Positions 9,875-19,923 of a stretch of DNA of 64,000 nucleotides are shown one piece after another (the first letter of the stretch is position 1; the number at the start of each line of letters is the position of its first letter). The position numbers and the translations under genes were made by a program. This DNA comes from a virus, in UHGV virus genome UHGV-0332176. One strand, 5' to 3'. The notes under the pieces are model-generated. The model was given only the letters and a program-made list of their open reading frames with translations, made no database searches and was not told the origin of the DNA.

Positions 9875-10900
9875 ATGAAATATATACTATTAACAGATAT
9901 ACATTTTGGTAATCACGGAAATAGTGATGAATTTAATCAAGAATGTAATAATTTTTTAAAATTTGTTGAAAAAACAATTGAAAATAGAGAAGATATTGAT
10001 GGAGCAATTTTTTTAGGAGATTGGTTTCATAATAGAAATTCTATTAATGTAAAAACATTAAAAGCAGGAATAGAAGGTTTATATACATTTGGTTCTATTG
10101 GTCGTGGAAATTCTTATATGATTATTGGCAATCACGATTTATATTATAAAGATAGACGTGATGTAAATAGTATTATTATTCCTGAAGGAGAAATTGGTGT
10201 TAATCTTGTAGAAGAACCAATTTATTTAGAAGAACAAAAATTTTTATTTTTACCTTGGTTAATTAATGAAGAAAAATTAGAAGATTATATTAAACAATAT
10301 AATCCTGAATATGTTTTTGGACATTTTGAAATTCCTTCTTTTTCTTTTAATAAATTAGTTAAAAAAGAAGGTGAATATAATCCTGAAAATTATAAAGGTC
10401 CAAAACGAATTTTATCAGGTCACTTTCATTTAAGGCAAGAAAAAAATAATATTACATATATTGGTAATTGTTTTTCTCACGATTTTTCTGATGTCAATGA
10501 TTGGCATAATAAAGGATTTGCTATTTTAGATACTGATAAAAATTCTTTAGAATATATAGAATGGAATGATGCTCCAAAATATTGTACATTTTCTATTAGT
10601 AAATTAAATAATATTAATTTAAGTAATAATATGTATTTAAAATTGGTGAATGATGTTCAAATGAAACAATTTGAAATTAATCAATTAAAAGAAGAATTAG
10701 AAAAGTTACCAAATATTAATGAATGTTTTATTTATCCAAATGAATTAGAATTAGCAAAAACAATTATTGATAATAAAAAATTAGAACATATTTCAGATAT
10801 TGAAACTTTAATAATTTCATTATTAAATGAATTAACAATGGAAAATATTCAAAATCAAAAATTAGTCAATATATATAAAAATTTACAAATAAATTCTTGA
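9875..10900 (+). CDS. Mre11/SbcD-like recombination nuclease subunit (T4 gp47-like)
   Basis: Calcineurin-like phosphoesterase motifs DIHFG, GDWFH, GNHD and GHFH. AGAGG RBS. Followed in the array by a Rad50/SbcC-like gene. Confidence 0.8.
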   Translation: MKYILLTDIHFGNHGNSDEFNQECNNFLKFVEKTIENREDIDGAIFLGDWFHNRNSINVKTLKAGIEGLYTFGSIGRGNSYMIIGNHDLYYKDRRDVNSIIIPEGEIGVNLVEEPIYLEEQKFLFLPWLINEEKLEDYIKQYNPEYVFGHFEIPSFSFNKLVKKEGEYNPENYKGPKRILSGHFHLRQEKNNITYIGNCFSHDFSDVNDWHNKGFAILDTDKNSLEYIEWNDAPKYCTFSISKLNNINLSNNMYLKLVNDVQMKQFEINQLKEELEKLPNINECFIYPNELELAKTIIDNKKLEHISDIETLIISLLNELTMENIQNQKLVNIYKNLQINS

Positions 10901-10924
10901 CAATATAAATTTAATTTTTATAAT
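10897..10924 (+). promoter_or_regulatory. sigma70-like early promoter TTGACA-16-TATAAT overlapping the gp47-like stop codon
   Basis: tcTTGACAAtataaatttaatttttATAATg. The TGA stop at 10898-10900 lies inside the -35 element. Confidence 0.55.
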
Positions 10925-10959
10925 GTTAAACGTTAATTATTATAAGGAAATTACTATTT

Positions 10960-11484
10960 ATGTATATTAATAAAAAAGACTATACAGGAGAATCTGCTCG
11001 TATGGGACAAACAGCAGAAGATTTATTTGAAAATTGGCTAAAATTAAATAATAGAAAATATAGGAAAGCAACATTATCTGAACAATTTAAACATATTGAT
11101 TTTATTGTTAATAGTGATAAATTGAAAAAAGAAATTAAAATAGATGTTAAAGCATCAAAAAAAGTTAATAGAAAAGACGAAGCTGAAAATACTAATTTTT
11201 TATGGGTTGAATTTAAAAATGTTCAAGGGAAAAATGGTTGGCTATACGGTGAAAATGATTTTATAGCTTTTCATAAAATAGATGAAAATTGTTTTTATTT
11301 AGTTGAAACAAAAGAATTGGCGAAGTTATGTGAGAAAATTTGTAACCAAGGAAATGCATTATATTCTAAAGATGCATTATATCATAGATATACCAGAAAT
11401 GGAAGAAAAGATGAATTATCAATGATATATTTTGATGATATAAAAAAATGTAATTATAGTATTATAAAATTAGGAGAAAATTAA
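10960..11484 (+). CDS. hypothetical protein, possible PD-(D/E)xK fold
   Basis: AAGGAAA RBS. HIDFIV...EIKIDVK resembles D...E-x-K. This is a weak call. Confidence 0.5.
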   Translation: MYINKKDYTGESARMGQTAEDLFENWLKLNNRKYRKATLSEQFKHIDFIVNSDKLKKEIKIDVKASKKVNRKDEAENTNFLWVEFKNVQGKNGWLYGENDFIAFHKIDENCFYLVETKELAKLCEKICNQGNALYSKDALYHRYTRNGRKDELSMIYFDDIKKCNYSIIKLGEN

Positions 11485-12611
11485 TGACTCAAATCAGAGA
11501 TAGTATTGAATTAGATTTTTGTGATGTTTTATTTAGACCAAAAAGAACAACATTAAATTCAAGAAGTGAAGCAGATGTTATTCGTGAATATAAATTTAAA
11601 TATTATCCAAAAACAATTAAATCTTGTGGTATTATGGCAGCTAATATGGCTACAACAGGAACATTTGATATGAATGATGTTCTTCAAAAATATAAAGCAA
11701 TTACTTGTTTACATAAGCATTATACAGAATATGAAATAAAAAATTATATGACCATAAACAATATGGATGATTATTCTGACCATAATTCATTTACATTTAT
11801 TTCAACAGGTTTGAAAGATGATAAAGAACAGTTGTTTAGATTATTACAAACTGGGTCGCAGATTGATAAGATTTGTATTGATATTGCTAATGGTTATATT
11901 CCAAATTTAATTAATTTTGTTAAAGAAGTTAGAGAAAAATTTCCAAAATCATTGATTATGGTTGGTAATGTTGTTACAGGTGATATGACTCAAGATTTAA
12001 TTCTTAATGGAGCAGATATTGTAAAAGTTGGAATTGGACCTGGTTCTGTATGTACTACTCGTAAATTAACTGGAGTTGGAAGACCTCAATTGTCAGCAAT
12101 TTTAGAATGTGCAGATGCTGCTCACGGTGTTGGTGGTTTAGTCTGTGCAGATGGTGGGTGTACTTGTGCAGGTGATGTTGCAAAAGCATTTGGAGCAGGA
12201 GCAGATTTTGTTATGCTTGGTGGTATGTTTGCTGGTACAGATGAATCTGCTGGTGAAATTATAGAAAAAATGTATAGAACTAATGAATATAAATATCATT
12301 ATTTAACTGATAATTCTATTGAATCCGATAAACCAATTTTTGAGGTTAAGAAATTTAAACAGTTTTATGGAATGTCTTCACAACTTGCCCAAGAAAAGCA
12401 TTTTGGTGGTATGGCAAATTACAGAGCATCAGAAGGTAAAGTTGTTGAAATTCCTTATAAAGGTTCTGTTGAGAATGTCATTCAAGAAATACTTGGTGGA
12501 ATTCGCTCTACAATGTCATATATTGGAGCTAAAAGATTAAAAGATATTCCTAAATGTACAACTTTTTATAGAGTTAATAGACAATTAAATGAAGTTTTTG
12601 GAAAAAGTTAA
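11484..12611 (+). CDS. guaC: GMP reductase (IMPDH/GuaC family)
   Basis: Near-colinear match to E. coli GuaC: [84 protein letters not shown] and [15 protein letters not shown]. An insertion lies before FYGMSS. Confidence 0.9.
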   Translation: MTQIRDSIELDFCDVLFRPKRTTLNSRSEADVIREYKFKYYPKTIKSCGIMAANMATTGTFDMNDVLQKYKAITCLHKHYTEYEIKNYMTINNMDDYSDHNSFTFISTGLKDDKEQLFRLLQTGSQIDKICIDIANGYIPNLINFVKEVREKFPKSLIMVGNVVTGDMTQDLILNGADIVKVGIGPGSVCTTRKLTGVGRPQLSAILECADAAHGVGGLVCADGGCTCAGDVAKAFGAGADFVMLGGMFAGTDESAGEIIEKMYRTNEYKYHYLTDNSIESDKPIFEVKKFKQFYGMSSQLAQEKHFGGMANYRASEGKVVEIPYKGSVENVIQEILGGIRSTMSYIGAKRLKDIPKCTTFYRVNRQLNEVFGKS

Positions 12612-12850
12612 TGAAAATACCGCAAATATCAAATGAATTATATAATACATTAAATCCACAAAATAAAGAAAAACTTTATATTGTAGAAAATCCATCTGAA
12701 TATTCTTTATGGTCATCAACAATAACATATAAAAAAGGTGATAAAGTAAATTATCAAGGTAAAGTTTATATTTGTAAAAATGATGATGTCAATGGTATAT
12801 TTGATATAAAAGATTGGAAAATAGCACCAACATTAAAATTAATTGTATGA
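12611..12850 (+). CDS. hypothetical small protein
   Basis: 79-aa ORF, translationally coupled (ATGA overlap with the preceding gene). Confidence 0.45.
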   Translation: MKIPQISNELYNTLNPQNKEKLYIVENPSEYSLWSSTITYKKGDKVNYQGKVYICKNDDVNGIFDIKDWKIAPTLKLIV

Positions 12851-12858
12851 GGTTAATA

Positions 12859-14973
12859 ATGGAATTAAATTTTAAAGAAATTAGAATTAGAAACTTTTTA
12901 TCATTTGGAAATGTTGAAGAAATTATTCCATTAAATAAGTGTTTATATCAAGTTATTATTGGTATGAATAAAGATAAGTCTAATTCATCATTAGATAGAA
13001 ATGGTGTTGGTAAATCAACAATTTTTGAAGCCATTCATTATGCTTTGTTTGGAAAATCTATTGGAAATAAAATTACATTAGGTAATTTAATTAATAACAT
13101 TAATAAAAAAAATATGGTTGTAACTCTTGTTTTTGAAAAAAATGGAGTTGAATATACTATTAAAAGAGGACGTTCACCTAATATTTTAATGTTTATGAAA
13201 AATGATGAAGAAATAAATGTTAATGAAGCACAAGGAGATTCCAGAGAAACACAAGTTGAAATTGAAAAAATTTTAGGAATGAATGAAGATGTATATAATC
13301 AAATTGTATGCTTATCTTGCAAAGTTCCAATTTTTAATGACCAAACAACAGCAAACCAAAAGAATATTATTGAACATATTTTAGGTATTAATATCATATC
13401 TGAAAAAATAGATGCATTAAAAGCACTTATTAAAGAAACTAAAAATGAATTTAATAATAAACAATTTGAGTATAATACTATTAAAACTCAAAATGATAAT
13501 TTAATGCAAACAATTAATAATCAAATTGCTGATATGAATACAGCTAAAGAAAAATGGGAAAATGAAATTAAACAACAAATTAATAATGTTGAAAATGTAA
13601 TTTCCCAAATGAAATTGATTGATATTGATACTGAAATTAAAAACTTTCAGTTGCTTGAAAATTATTTAACACAAGAGGGGGTGAATCAACAAAATCAGCA
13701 ACTGAAAGATTCTTTAAATAAACAAATACAAGAAAAAGATATTTTTATTAAAAATTATCAGATTCGTATTGTTGAATTATTGAAATATAATTTTATAGTT
13801 GAACGTCAAAATATTTTTTATAATGAGCAACTTAATAAAGAAAGAATTGCTTATGATATTGAAGAAAATAAATATAAAACTATTAAAAATTTTAAAGAAC
13901 AAAATCTTGATACTAATTTTAAACGTATTGCTAATGAAATTGAAAAAAAAGAAATTGAATTAGCAAATATTAAAGAAAATGTTTGTCCGACTTGTGGTCA
14001 ACCAATGGGAGTTGAAGAAGTTAATAAATTAAAAGAAAGTAAAAAAGAGGAGATTGTTCAACTTCAAAAAGAATTACATAGAATTGATATGGATATTTTA
14101 GAAGCAAACCATACTATTTCTTTATTTGTTCCAAAAGTATTTGAATTTAAACCAGTATCATTTAATGATATGAGTTCATTACTTGAAAAAGAAAATGAGT
14201 TAAATCAATTAAAATTACAATTAGAAAATATTGTTAAAGAAAAAAATGATTTAATTGAACAGGAAAATAAAATTGTTATTGTTGATTTAGGTATTAAACC
14301 ACAGACACATTATTCTAATATTCAAGAAGCATTACAACATCAAGCAACGTTAGAATCATTAGGAATTACTTTAAATAGTTTACAAAAACAATTATTAACA
14401 AATCCTTTTGAACAACAAGAAAAATCTATTGAAGAACTTAAAAAGAATATTCAAGTATTAGATGACGCACCAATTAAACAAATTCAAGATGATTTAAATC
14501 ATCAAGAAGTTTTATTAAAATTGTTAAATAGCCCATCATCTTTTATTAGAACAACAATATTAGAAAAATCATTAGAATTTTTAAATTCTAAAATTATGCA
14601 ATATTTAGCACAATTAGGTTCTTTACATATTGTATCATTTAATAGTGATATGTCATTAACAATTGAATATATGGGTATTCAATATGGTTATGTTTCAACA
14701 GGAGAAATGGGACGTATTACATTAGCATTAACATTAGCATTTAGAGATGTTTGGGAAACATTAAATAATTGTAAAATTAATTTATTTGCAATGGATGAGG
14801 TAATAGACCGTATTGGTTTAGATACTGCTGGAGTTGAAATGACAGTTCAAGCATTGCAAACAAAGGAAGATAAAAATGTTATGTTAGTTACACATAATGA
14901 TACATTAATTAATCAAGCACCACATTTAATGACACTTGTTAAAGAAAATGGGTTTACGGAAATATTAAAATGA
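12859..14973 (+). CDS. Rad50/SbcC-like recombination ATPase (T4 gp46-like); start adjusted to the ATG at 12859 with a GAGG RBS
   Basis: N-terminal Walker A NGVGKST, long coiled-coil regions, CPTCGQP zinc hook, and C-terminal signature/Walker B region LFAMDEV...D-loop. Confidence 0.85.
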   Translation: MELNFKEIRIRNFLSFGNVEEIIPLNKCLYQVIIGMNKDKSNSSLDRNGVGKSTIFEAIHYALFGKSIGNKITLGNLINNINKKNMVVTLVFEKNGVEYTIKRGRSPNILMFMKNDEEINVNEAQGDSRETQVEIEKILGMNEDVYNQIVCLSCKVPIFNDQTTANQKNIIEHILGINIISEKIDALKALIKETKNEFNNKQFEYNTIKTQNDNLMQTINNQIADMNTAKEKWENEIKQQINNVENVISQMKLIDIDTEIKNFQLLENYLTQEGVNQQNQQLKDSLNKQIQEKDIFIKNYQIRIVELLKYNFIVERQNIFYNEQLNKERIAYDIEENKYKTIKNFKEQNLDTNFKRIANEIEKKEIELANIKENVCPTCGQPMGVEEVNKLKESKKEEIVQLQKELHRIDMDILEANHTISLFVPKVFEFKPVSFNDMSSLLEKENELNQLKLQLENIVKEKNDLIEQENKIVIVDLGIKPQTHYSNIQEALQHQATLESLGITLNSLQKQLLTNPFEQQEKSIEELKKNIQVLDDAPIKQIQDDLNHQEVLLKLLNSPSSFIRTTILEKSLEFLNSKIMQYLAQLGSLHIVSFNSDMSLTIEYMGIQYGYVSTGEMGRITLALTLAFRDVWETLNNCKINLFAMDEVIDRIGLDTAGVEMTVQALQTKEDKNVMLVTHNDTLINQAPHLMTLVKENGFTEILK

Positions 14974-15713
14974 ATCAATTTGAATTATTAAATGATAATT
15001 GTTTACCAATATTAGATAAATTTATATCTGAAAATCGTAAGGTGGATTGTATTATTACTTCTCCACCTTATAATATGAATCTTAGAGTTATGAAAGGGAA
15101 ATATGTTTCTCGCTGTAATAATAAAAATCATAAAATAGAATTTTCAACAAAATATGAAAATTATAATGATGACCTTTCTATGGAATATTATTTTAATTTT
15201 CAAAAAGAATTTATTGAAAAAGCATTAAAAGTTTCCGATTTAATGTTTTATAATATACAAATGCTAACAGGTAATAAAATAGCTTTATTTAAATTAATGG
15301 GTTATTTTGCAGATAAAATTAAAGAAATTATTATTTGGGATAAAGGTTATGGTCAGCCTGCTATGCAAGTTGGTATGTTAAACAGCCAATTTGAATTTAT
15401 TATTGTATTTGATAATAATAAACCATACAATAGAGCATTTGATTGTGCTAATTTTGCCAGAGGAACTGAAACAAATATTTGGGAAATTAAGCGTGAGAGA
15501 AATAAATTCATTAAAGCTGGGTTTCCAACAGCATTAATTGAAAAAATTTTAGTAAATTTTACAAATGAAAATGATATTATTCTTGACCCTTTTATGGGAA
15601 GTGGAACTTGTGGTATTGTTTGTAAAGAAATGAATAGGAATTTTATTGGAATTGAATTAGATAAAAATATGTTTAAAATTGCAAAAGAGAGAATTGAAAA
15701 TATAAATAAATGA
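14970..15713 (+). CDS. beta-class amino-DNA methyltransferase (N4-cytosine or N6-adenine)
   Basis: Motif IV IITSPPYN precedes motif I DPFMGSGTCG, which is the beta-class order. SPPY favours N4C. Confidence 0.75.
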   Translation: MNQFELLNDNCLPILDKFISENRKVDCIITSPPYNMNLRVMKGKYVSRCNNKNHKIEFSTKYENYNDDLSMEYYFNFQKEFIEKALKVSDLMFYNIQMLTGNKIALFKLMGYFADKIKEIIIWDKGYGQPAMQVGMLNSQFEFIIVFDNNKPYNRAFDCANFARGTETNIWEIKRERNKFIKAGFPTALIEKILVNFTNENDIILDPFMGSGTCGIVCKEMNRNFIGIELDKNMFKIAKERIENINK

Positions 15714-15729
15714 AATAATAGGATTTAAT

Positions 15730-16359
15730 ATGAAAGTATCAACTTTTTATATGGCAGATATTTCTGAATATGATAATTTTATTGAAAAATTATATAATGA
15801 TATTCAGAAAAAATTTGTTGGAAAAGGTATAAATTCTATTTTAATTAGTCGTTTTATTTCTTATTTAAGAAAAGAATTTTCAATTTATGCATCTTTTAAA
15901 TTAAATAAAAAAACAAATATTATAATTATAATTCCTCGCATATCTACAAATCTTATTGAAAAAACAATTCATAATAATATTGAACAAATTAAAATTCGTG
16001 TTGAATATAATAAATTAAAAGAAATTTTAAGTGGTCAATGTGAAAATTTAGAAGATTATATTAATGAATTAGTTGAACAATTTAAAGAATATGTTATTGA
16101 TAAACCATCATTAAATTTTTCAAAATATCTTTATTTACAAATTGATAATTTAGTTGATATTTGTTATAATGAATTAATTAGTATATATCAATCAAAAATA
16201 ATTTATGAAAATTTAATGAAAAATAAAGGATGGATAATTTTATCCAGAAAGTCATCAATTTTTAATGATTATTATAATTTATTTCAGCAAAATAAAATTG
16301 AAAATAAAAATATTTTTCATAATTTTTTGTATAAATTAGCATTAAAATTAAAGGATTAA
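15730..16359 (+). CDS. hypothetical protein sitting inside the MTase cluster
   Basis: ORF with an AGGAT RBS. No motifs recognised. Confidence 0.5.
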   Translation: MKVSTFYMADISEYDNFIEKLYNDIQKKFVGKGINSILISRFISYLRKEFSIYASFKLNKKTNIIIIIPRISTNLIEKTIHNNIEQIKIRVEYNKLKEILSGQCENLEDYINELVEQFKEYVIDKPSLNFSKYLYLQIDNLVDICYNELISIYQSKIIYENLMKNKGWIILSRKSSIFNDYYNLFQQNKIENKNIFHNFLYKLALKLKD

Positions 16360-16361
16360 TA

Positions 16362-17255
16362 ATGAAAGTGTTGTCATTATTTGACGGCATTGGAACAGGA
16401 AGATTATCATTAGAACGAGCAGGAATAAATGTTGACAAATATTATGCTTCAGAAATTGATAAAAATGCTATAACAATTGCTAAAACAAATTATTCTGATA
16501 TTATTGAATTAGGTTCTGTATTAAATTGGAGAAATTGGGATATTGAATGGAATACCATAGATTTATTAATAGGTGGTTCTCCGTGTACGTCATTTTCTTC
16601 AGCAGGTAAACAACAAGGATTTAATGGAGAATCTAAATTATTTTTTGAATATAGAGATATTTTAAATTATTTAAAATCTATTAATCCTAATATTAAATTT
16701 CTTTTAGAAAATGTTATAATGAAAAAAGAATGGGAAGAAGTCATAACTAACGAAGTTGGTGTGAAACCTATTTTAATTGATAGTTCTTTATTATCTGCTC
16801 AACAAAGAAAAAGAAATTATTGGTTTAATTGGAAAATAGAATATCCTGAAGATAAACATATTGAGTTAAAAGATATTTTAGATAATAAAGACTTTTGTTA
16901 TAAAGCAACAATAGTGGGAAGAAGAATTAATAATAATGGACACAGAGAAGATTATAATAAAGAAATTCCTATCGTTCAATGTTTAGAAGTACGTAAAGCA
17001 AATAGTAATAAAAGTAATTGTTTAACAACTGTTGAAAAAGATAACGTTTTAAGTAATTTATCTTATGGAAGATATGTTGATGCTTTTGGAAAATATAGAA
17101 AAAATTGGACTTATTACTCTTTAAAAGAATATTGTAGATTACAAACTTTACCTGAAAATTATTGTGATTCTGTTCCTGAACATTTGGCTAAAAAAGCCAT
17201 TGGTAATGGTTGGACAGCAGATGTAATAACGCATATATTTAAAGGATTACAATGA
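16362..17255 (+). CDS. DNA (cytosine-5)-methyltransferase
   Basis: Motif I LFDGIGTG, motif IV GGSPCTSFS (catalytic PC), motif VI ENV, motif VIII QQRKRNYW, and a motif X-like GNGWTADV. Confidence 0.8.
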   Translation: MKVLSLFDGIGTGRLSLERAGINVDKYYASEIDKNAITIAKTNYSDIIELGSVLNWRNWDIEWNTIDLLIGGSPCTSFSSAGKQQGFNGESKLFFEYRDILNYLKSINPNIKFLLENVIMKKEWEEVITNEVGVKPILIDSSLLSAQQRKRNYWFNWKIEYPEDKHIELKDILDNKDFCYKATIVGRRINNNGHREDYNKEIPIVQCLEVRKANSNKSNCLTTVEKDNVLSNLSYGRYVDAFGKYRKNWTYYSLKEYCRLQTLPENYCDSVPEHLAKKAIGNGWTADVITHIFKGLQ

Positions 17256-17346
17256 CATTTATTTTAAGTTTATTACTTGTTTGCTCATTTATGATGTTTT
17301 GTATATATAAAACAATAAATGATGATGATAAATGGGGATTTTGATA

Positions 17347-18150
17347 ATGGTGAAAATTATTAATGATAAGTATTATACTCCTAAAGATTTGGCAAAAAGA
17401 TTAATAGATACAACTATTAAAGTATTAGTTTATAATGGAGTGAATGATATTGAAGATATTATTGAACCATCAGCAGGAAATGGTGCATTTAGTTCACAAA
17501 TAAAATGTACAGCATATGACATTGAACCAGAATTTAAAGATATTATTAAAGCTGATTTTTTAAAAGAAAATATTGAATATAAAAAGAATAGATTATGTAT
17601 TGGAAATCCGCCTTTTGGAAATTCAAATTCATTATCTGTAAAATTTTATAAAAAATGTTGTGAAATTGGTGATTATATTGCTTTTATTCAACCTATATCG
17701 CAGTTAAATAATAATTTACAAATGTATGAATTTGATTTAATATATTCAGAAGATTTAGGGATAATTCAATATTCAGATAGAAAATTACATTGTTGTTTTA
17801 ATATATATAAACGTCCTAAAAATGGAATTTTAAATGAAAAACCTGATTATACATTAAAAGATATTACTATTAAAGAATATCGCCGTAATGGTTCATATAA
17901 AAAACCTGAAGGATATGATTATGCAATATGTAATTGGGGTAATGGTTCATTGGGAAAAGTTCCTGAATATGTTGGACAATATGCACAAGAAGCATATTTT
18001 TATTGTCATAAATCAGAATTTACAGAACAAATGAAACAATTATTAGAATTTAATACTATTAGGGAATATGTTAATTCTATTTCGGCTAAAAGAATTTCAG
18101 TAATGAGATTGTATAAGTATTTAAAAGATAATATTAAAGGTATAGAATGA
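17347..18150 (+). CDS. gamma-class N6-adenine DNA methyltransferase; the alternative start at 17332 lacks an RBS
   Basis: Motif I IEPSAGNGAF followed by motif IV IGNPPFG. GGGGA RBS before the ATG at 17347. Confidence 0.7.
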   Translation: MVKIINDKYYTPKDLAKRLIDTTIKVLVYNGVNDIEDIIEPSAGNGAFSSQIKCTAYDIEPEFKDIIKADFLKENIEYKKNRLCIGNPPFGNSNSLSVKFYKKCCEIGDYIAFIQPISQLNNNLQMYEFDLIYSEDLGIIQYSDRKLHCCFNIYKRPKNGILNEKPDYTLKDITIKEYRRNGSYKKPEGYDYAICNWGNGSLGKVPEYVGQYAQEAYFYCHKSEFTEQMKQLLEFNTIREYVNSISAKRISVMRLYKYLKDNIKGIE

Positions 18151-19007
18151 GTGATTATATAAAATGTCCATTAAGATATACTGGTAACAAATATAAATTG
18201 TTATCACAAATTTTACCACTATTTCCAAAAAATATTAATACTTTTGTTGATTTATTTGCTGGAAGTTATACTGTTGGAATAAATGTTAATGCAAATAATT
18301 ATGTTTGTAATGATATGATAACATATCTTATAGAGTTTTTTGATTTCTTAAAAAATAATGATTTAAACAAAATTTTAGAAACAATAGATAATATTATTGG
18401 AACGTATCAATTATCTAAAACTAATTTAGAAGGTTACAATGCGTTAAGAGAAGTTTATAATCAGACAAAATATCCATTAATTTTGTTTATATTAACTTGT
18501 TTTTCATTTAATCATCAAATAAGATTTAATAATAATCATCAATTTAATTCTTCGTTTGGAAAATATAAAAGTTGTTATAATGATTCAATTAAAAATGATT
18601 TAATAAAATTTACAAAAATTTTAAAAAATCAAAATATTCAATTTTTTAATGGAGATTATAAGGATTGTTTAAATAAACTAGAATTAAATGAAAATGATTT
18701 TGTTTATTTAGACCCACCATATTTAATTTCAACTGCTGCCTATAATGATGGAAACAGAGGATTTAAAATGTGGACGGAAAATGATGAAAAAGAATTGTTG
18801 AATTATTTAGATGAATTAAATAATAAAAATGTTAAATGGGCATTATCAAATGTTTTAGAAAATAATGGCTCTAAAAATGATATTTTATTTGATTGGAGTC
18901 AAAAATATATAGTTCATCATTTAAATTATACATATAATAATTGTAATTATCATAGAAAGAATAAAGGTTCTAATGATAGTGATGAGGTGCTAATTACAAA
19001 TTATTAA
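18147..19007 (+). CDS. dam: Dam-type (alpha-class) N6-adenine DNA methyltransferase, T4 Dam-like
   Basis: RYTGNKYKLL, FVDLFAGS and FVYLDPPYLISTAAYN...ENDEKELLNYLDELN align closely with T4 Dam (FVYVDPPYLITVADYN...EDEEKDLLNLLDSLN). WALSNVLEN matches GQSNVLEH. Confidence 0.9.
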   Translation: MSDYIKCPLRYTGNKYKLLSQILPLFPKNINTFVDLFAGSYTVGINVNANNYVCNDMITYLIEFFDFLKNNDLNKILETIDNIIGTYQLSKTNLEGYNALREVYNQTKYPLILFILTCFSFNHQIRFNNNHQFNSSFGKYKSCYNDSIKNDLIKFTKILKNQNIQFFNGDYKDCLNKLELNENDFVYLDPPYLISTAAYNDGNRGFKMWTENDEKELLNYLDELNNKNVKWALSNVLENNGSKNDILFDWSQKYIVHHLNYTYNNCNYHRKNKGSNDSDEVLITNY

Positions 19008-19018
19008 GGATATATTAT

Positions 19019-19606
19019 ATGAAAATATTAAATTTATATGCAGGTATTGGTGGTAATAGAGCATTATGGGAAAATTGTGAAGTTACGGCTGTTGAATTAG
19101 ATGAAAAAATTGCAGATGTTTATAAACATTTATATCCAAATGATAATGTTATTGTTGGAGATGCTTTGAAATATTTAGAAAGTAATTATAACAATTTTGA
19201 TTTTATATGGGCATCACCACCTTGTCAAAGTCACGGGCAATATAGACATAATGTAGGTGTTTTAGGTAAAGGTTTTGCACCAATATTACCAGATATGAGC
19301 TTATATTCAATTATTATTTTTTTAAAGACCTATTATAAGGGAAATTGGTGTGTTGAAAATGTTATTCCATATTATAAGCCACTAATTGAACCAACAGCAA
19401 TTTTACAAAGACATTTATTTTGGAGTAATAAACCGATTGCTAATAAAAAATTTGAAAAAGATGCTATTAGAACAAAAAATAAAATCAGCGATTTTGACAA
19501 TTATGAAGTGGTTGTTAATAGCAAAATTAGTAATAAAAGGCAAGTTTTACGAAATTGTGTTAAACCTGAAATAGGTTTATATATATTGTCTGAAATATTA
19601 AAATAA
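19019..19606 (+). CDS. miniature C5-cytosine-MTase-like protein (195 aa) lacking a target-recognition domain
   Basis: Motif I LYAGIGG, motif IV ASPPCQSHG, motif VI CVENV and a possible motif VIII LQRHLFW are present. No TRD or motifs IX-X follow, and the frame ends cleanly before a promoter. Confidence 0.55.
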   Translation: MKILNLYAGIGGNRALWENCEVTAVELDEKIADVYKHLYPNDNVIVGDALKYLESNYNNFDFIWASPPCQSHGQYRHNVGVLGKGFAPILPDMSLYSIIIFLKTYYKGNWCVENVIPYYKPLIEPTAILQRHLFWSNKPIANKKFEKDAIRTKNKISDFDNYEVVVNSKISNKRQVLRNCVKPEIGLYILSEILK

Positions 19607-19612
19607 AAAACC

Positions 19613-19641
19613 TTGACAAATTAATATATTTAATTTATATT
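19613..19641 (+). promoter_or_regulatory. sigma70-like promoter TTGACA-17-TATATT
   Basis: ccTTGACAAattaatatatttaattTATATT, upstream of the gene at 19671 (AAGAGG RBS). Confidence 0.55.
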
Positions 19642-19670
19642 AAAATAGAAATCTTAAAAAGAGGTTATAA

Positions 19671-19910
19671 ATGAATAATGATTTATTAAAATTTATTCAA
19701 AAAAATAATATTATTCCAATGAAGTATTATTTTTTTGAAAATGATAAGTTAAAGGTTAAATATACTTTAATGAATGGTTCATATGATTCCGAGCTTATTA
19801 CAGAAAAAGCAAAAAAAGAGTTAAATATGGATTTTGAAAAATTAGCATATGAATCATATTGCTTGATGAATATTAAGTATTCACAAGAAAATGAATTTTT
19901 TATTGATTAG
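19671..19910 (+). CDS. hypothetical small protein
   Basis: ORF with a strong RBS, downstream of a promoter. Confidence 0.5.
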   Translation: MNNDLLKFIQKNNIIPMKYYFFENDKLKVKYTLMNGSYDSELITEKAKKELNMDFEKLAYESYCLMNIKYSQENEFFID

Positions 19911-19923
19911 GAGAAAATAAAAT

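Noticed and set aside
12319-12540. 73-aa plus-strand ORF in an alternative frame inside guaC
   Set aside because: It lies wholly inside the strongly supported GMP reductase frame.
19386-19574. 62-aa ORF that might extend the mini-MTase through a frameshift
   Set aside because: Its translation shows no MTase motif IX-X or TRD-like sequence, so there is no evidence it is a displaced C-terminus.
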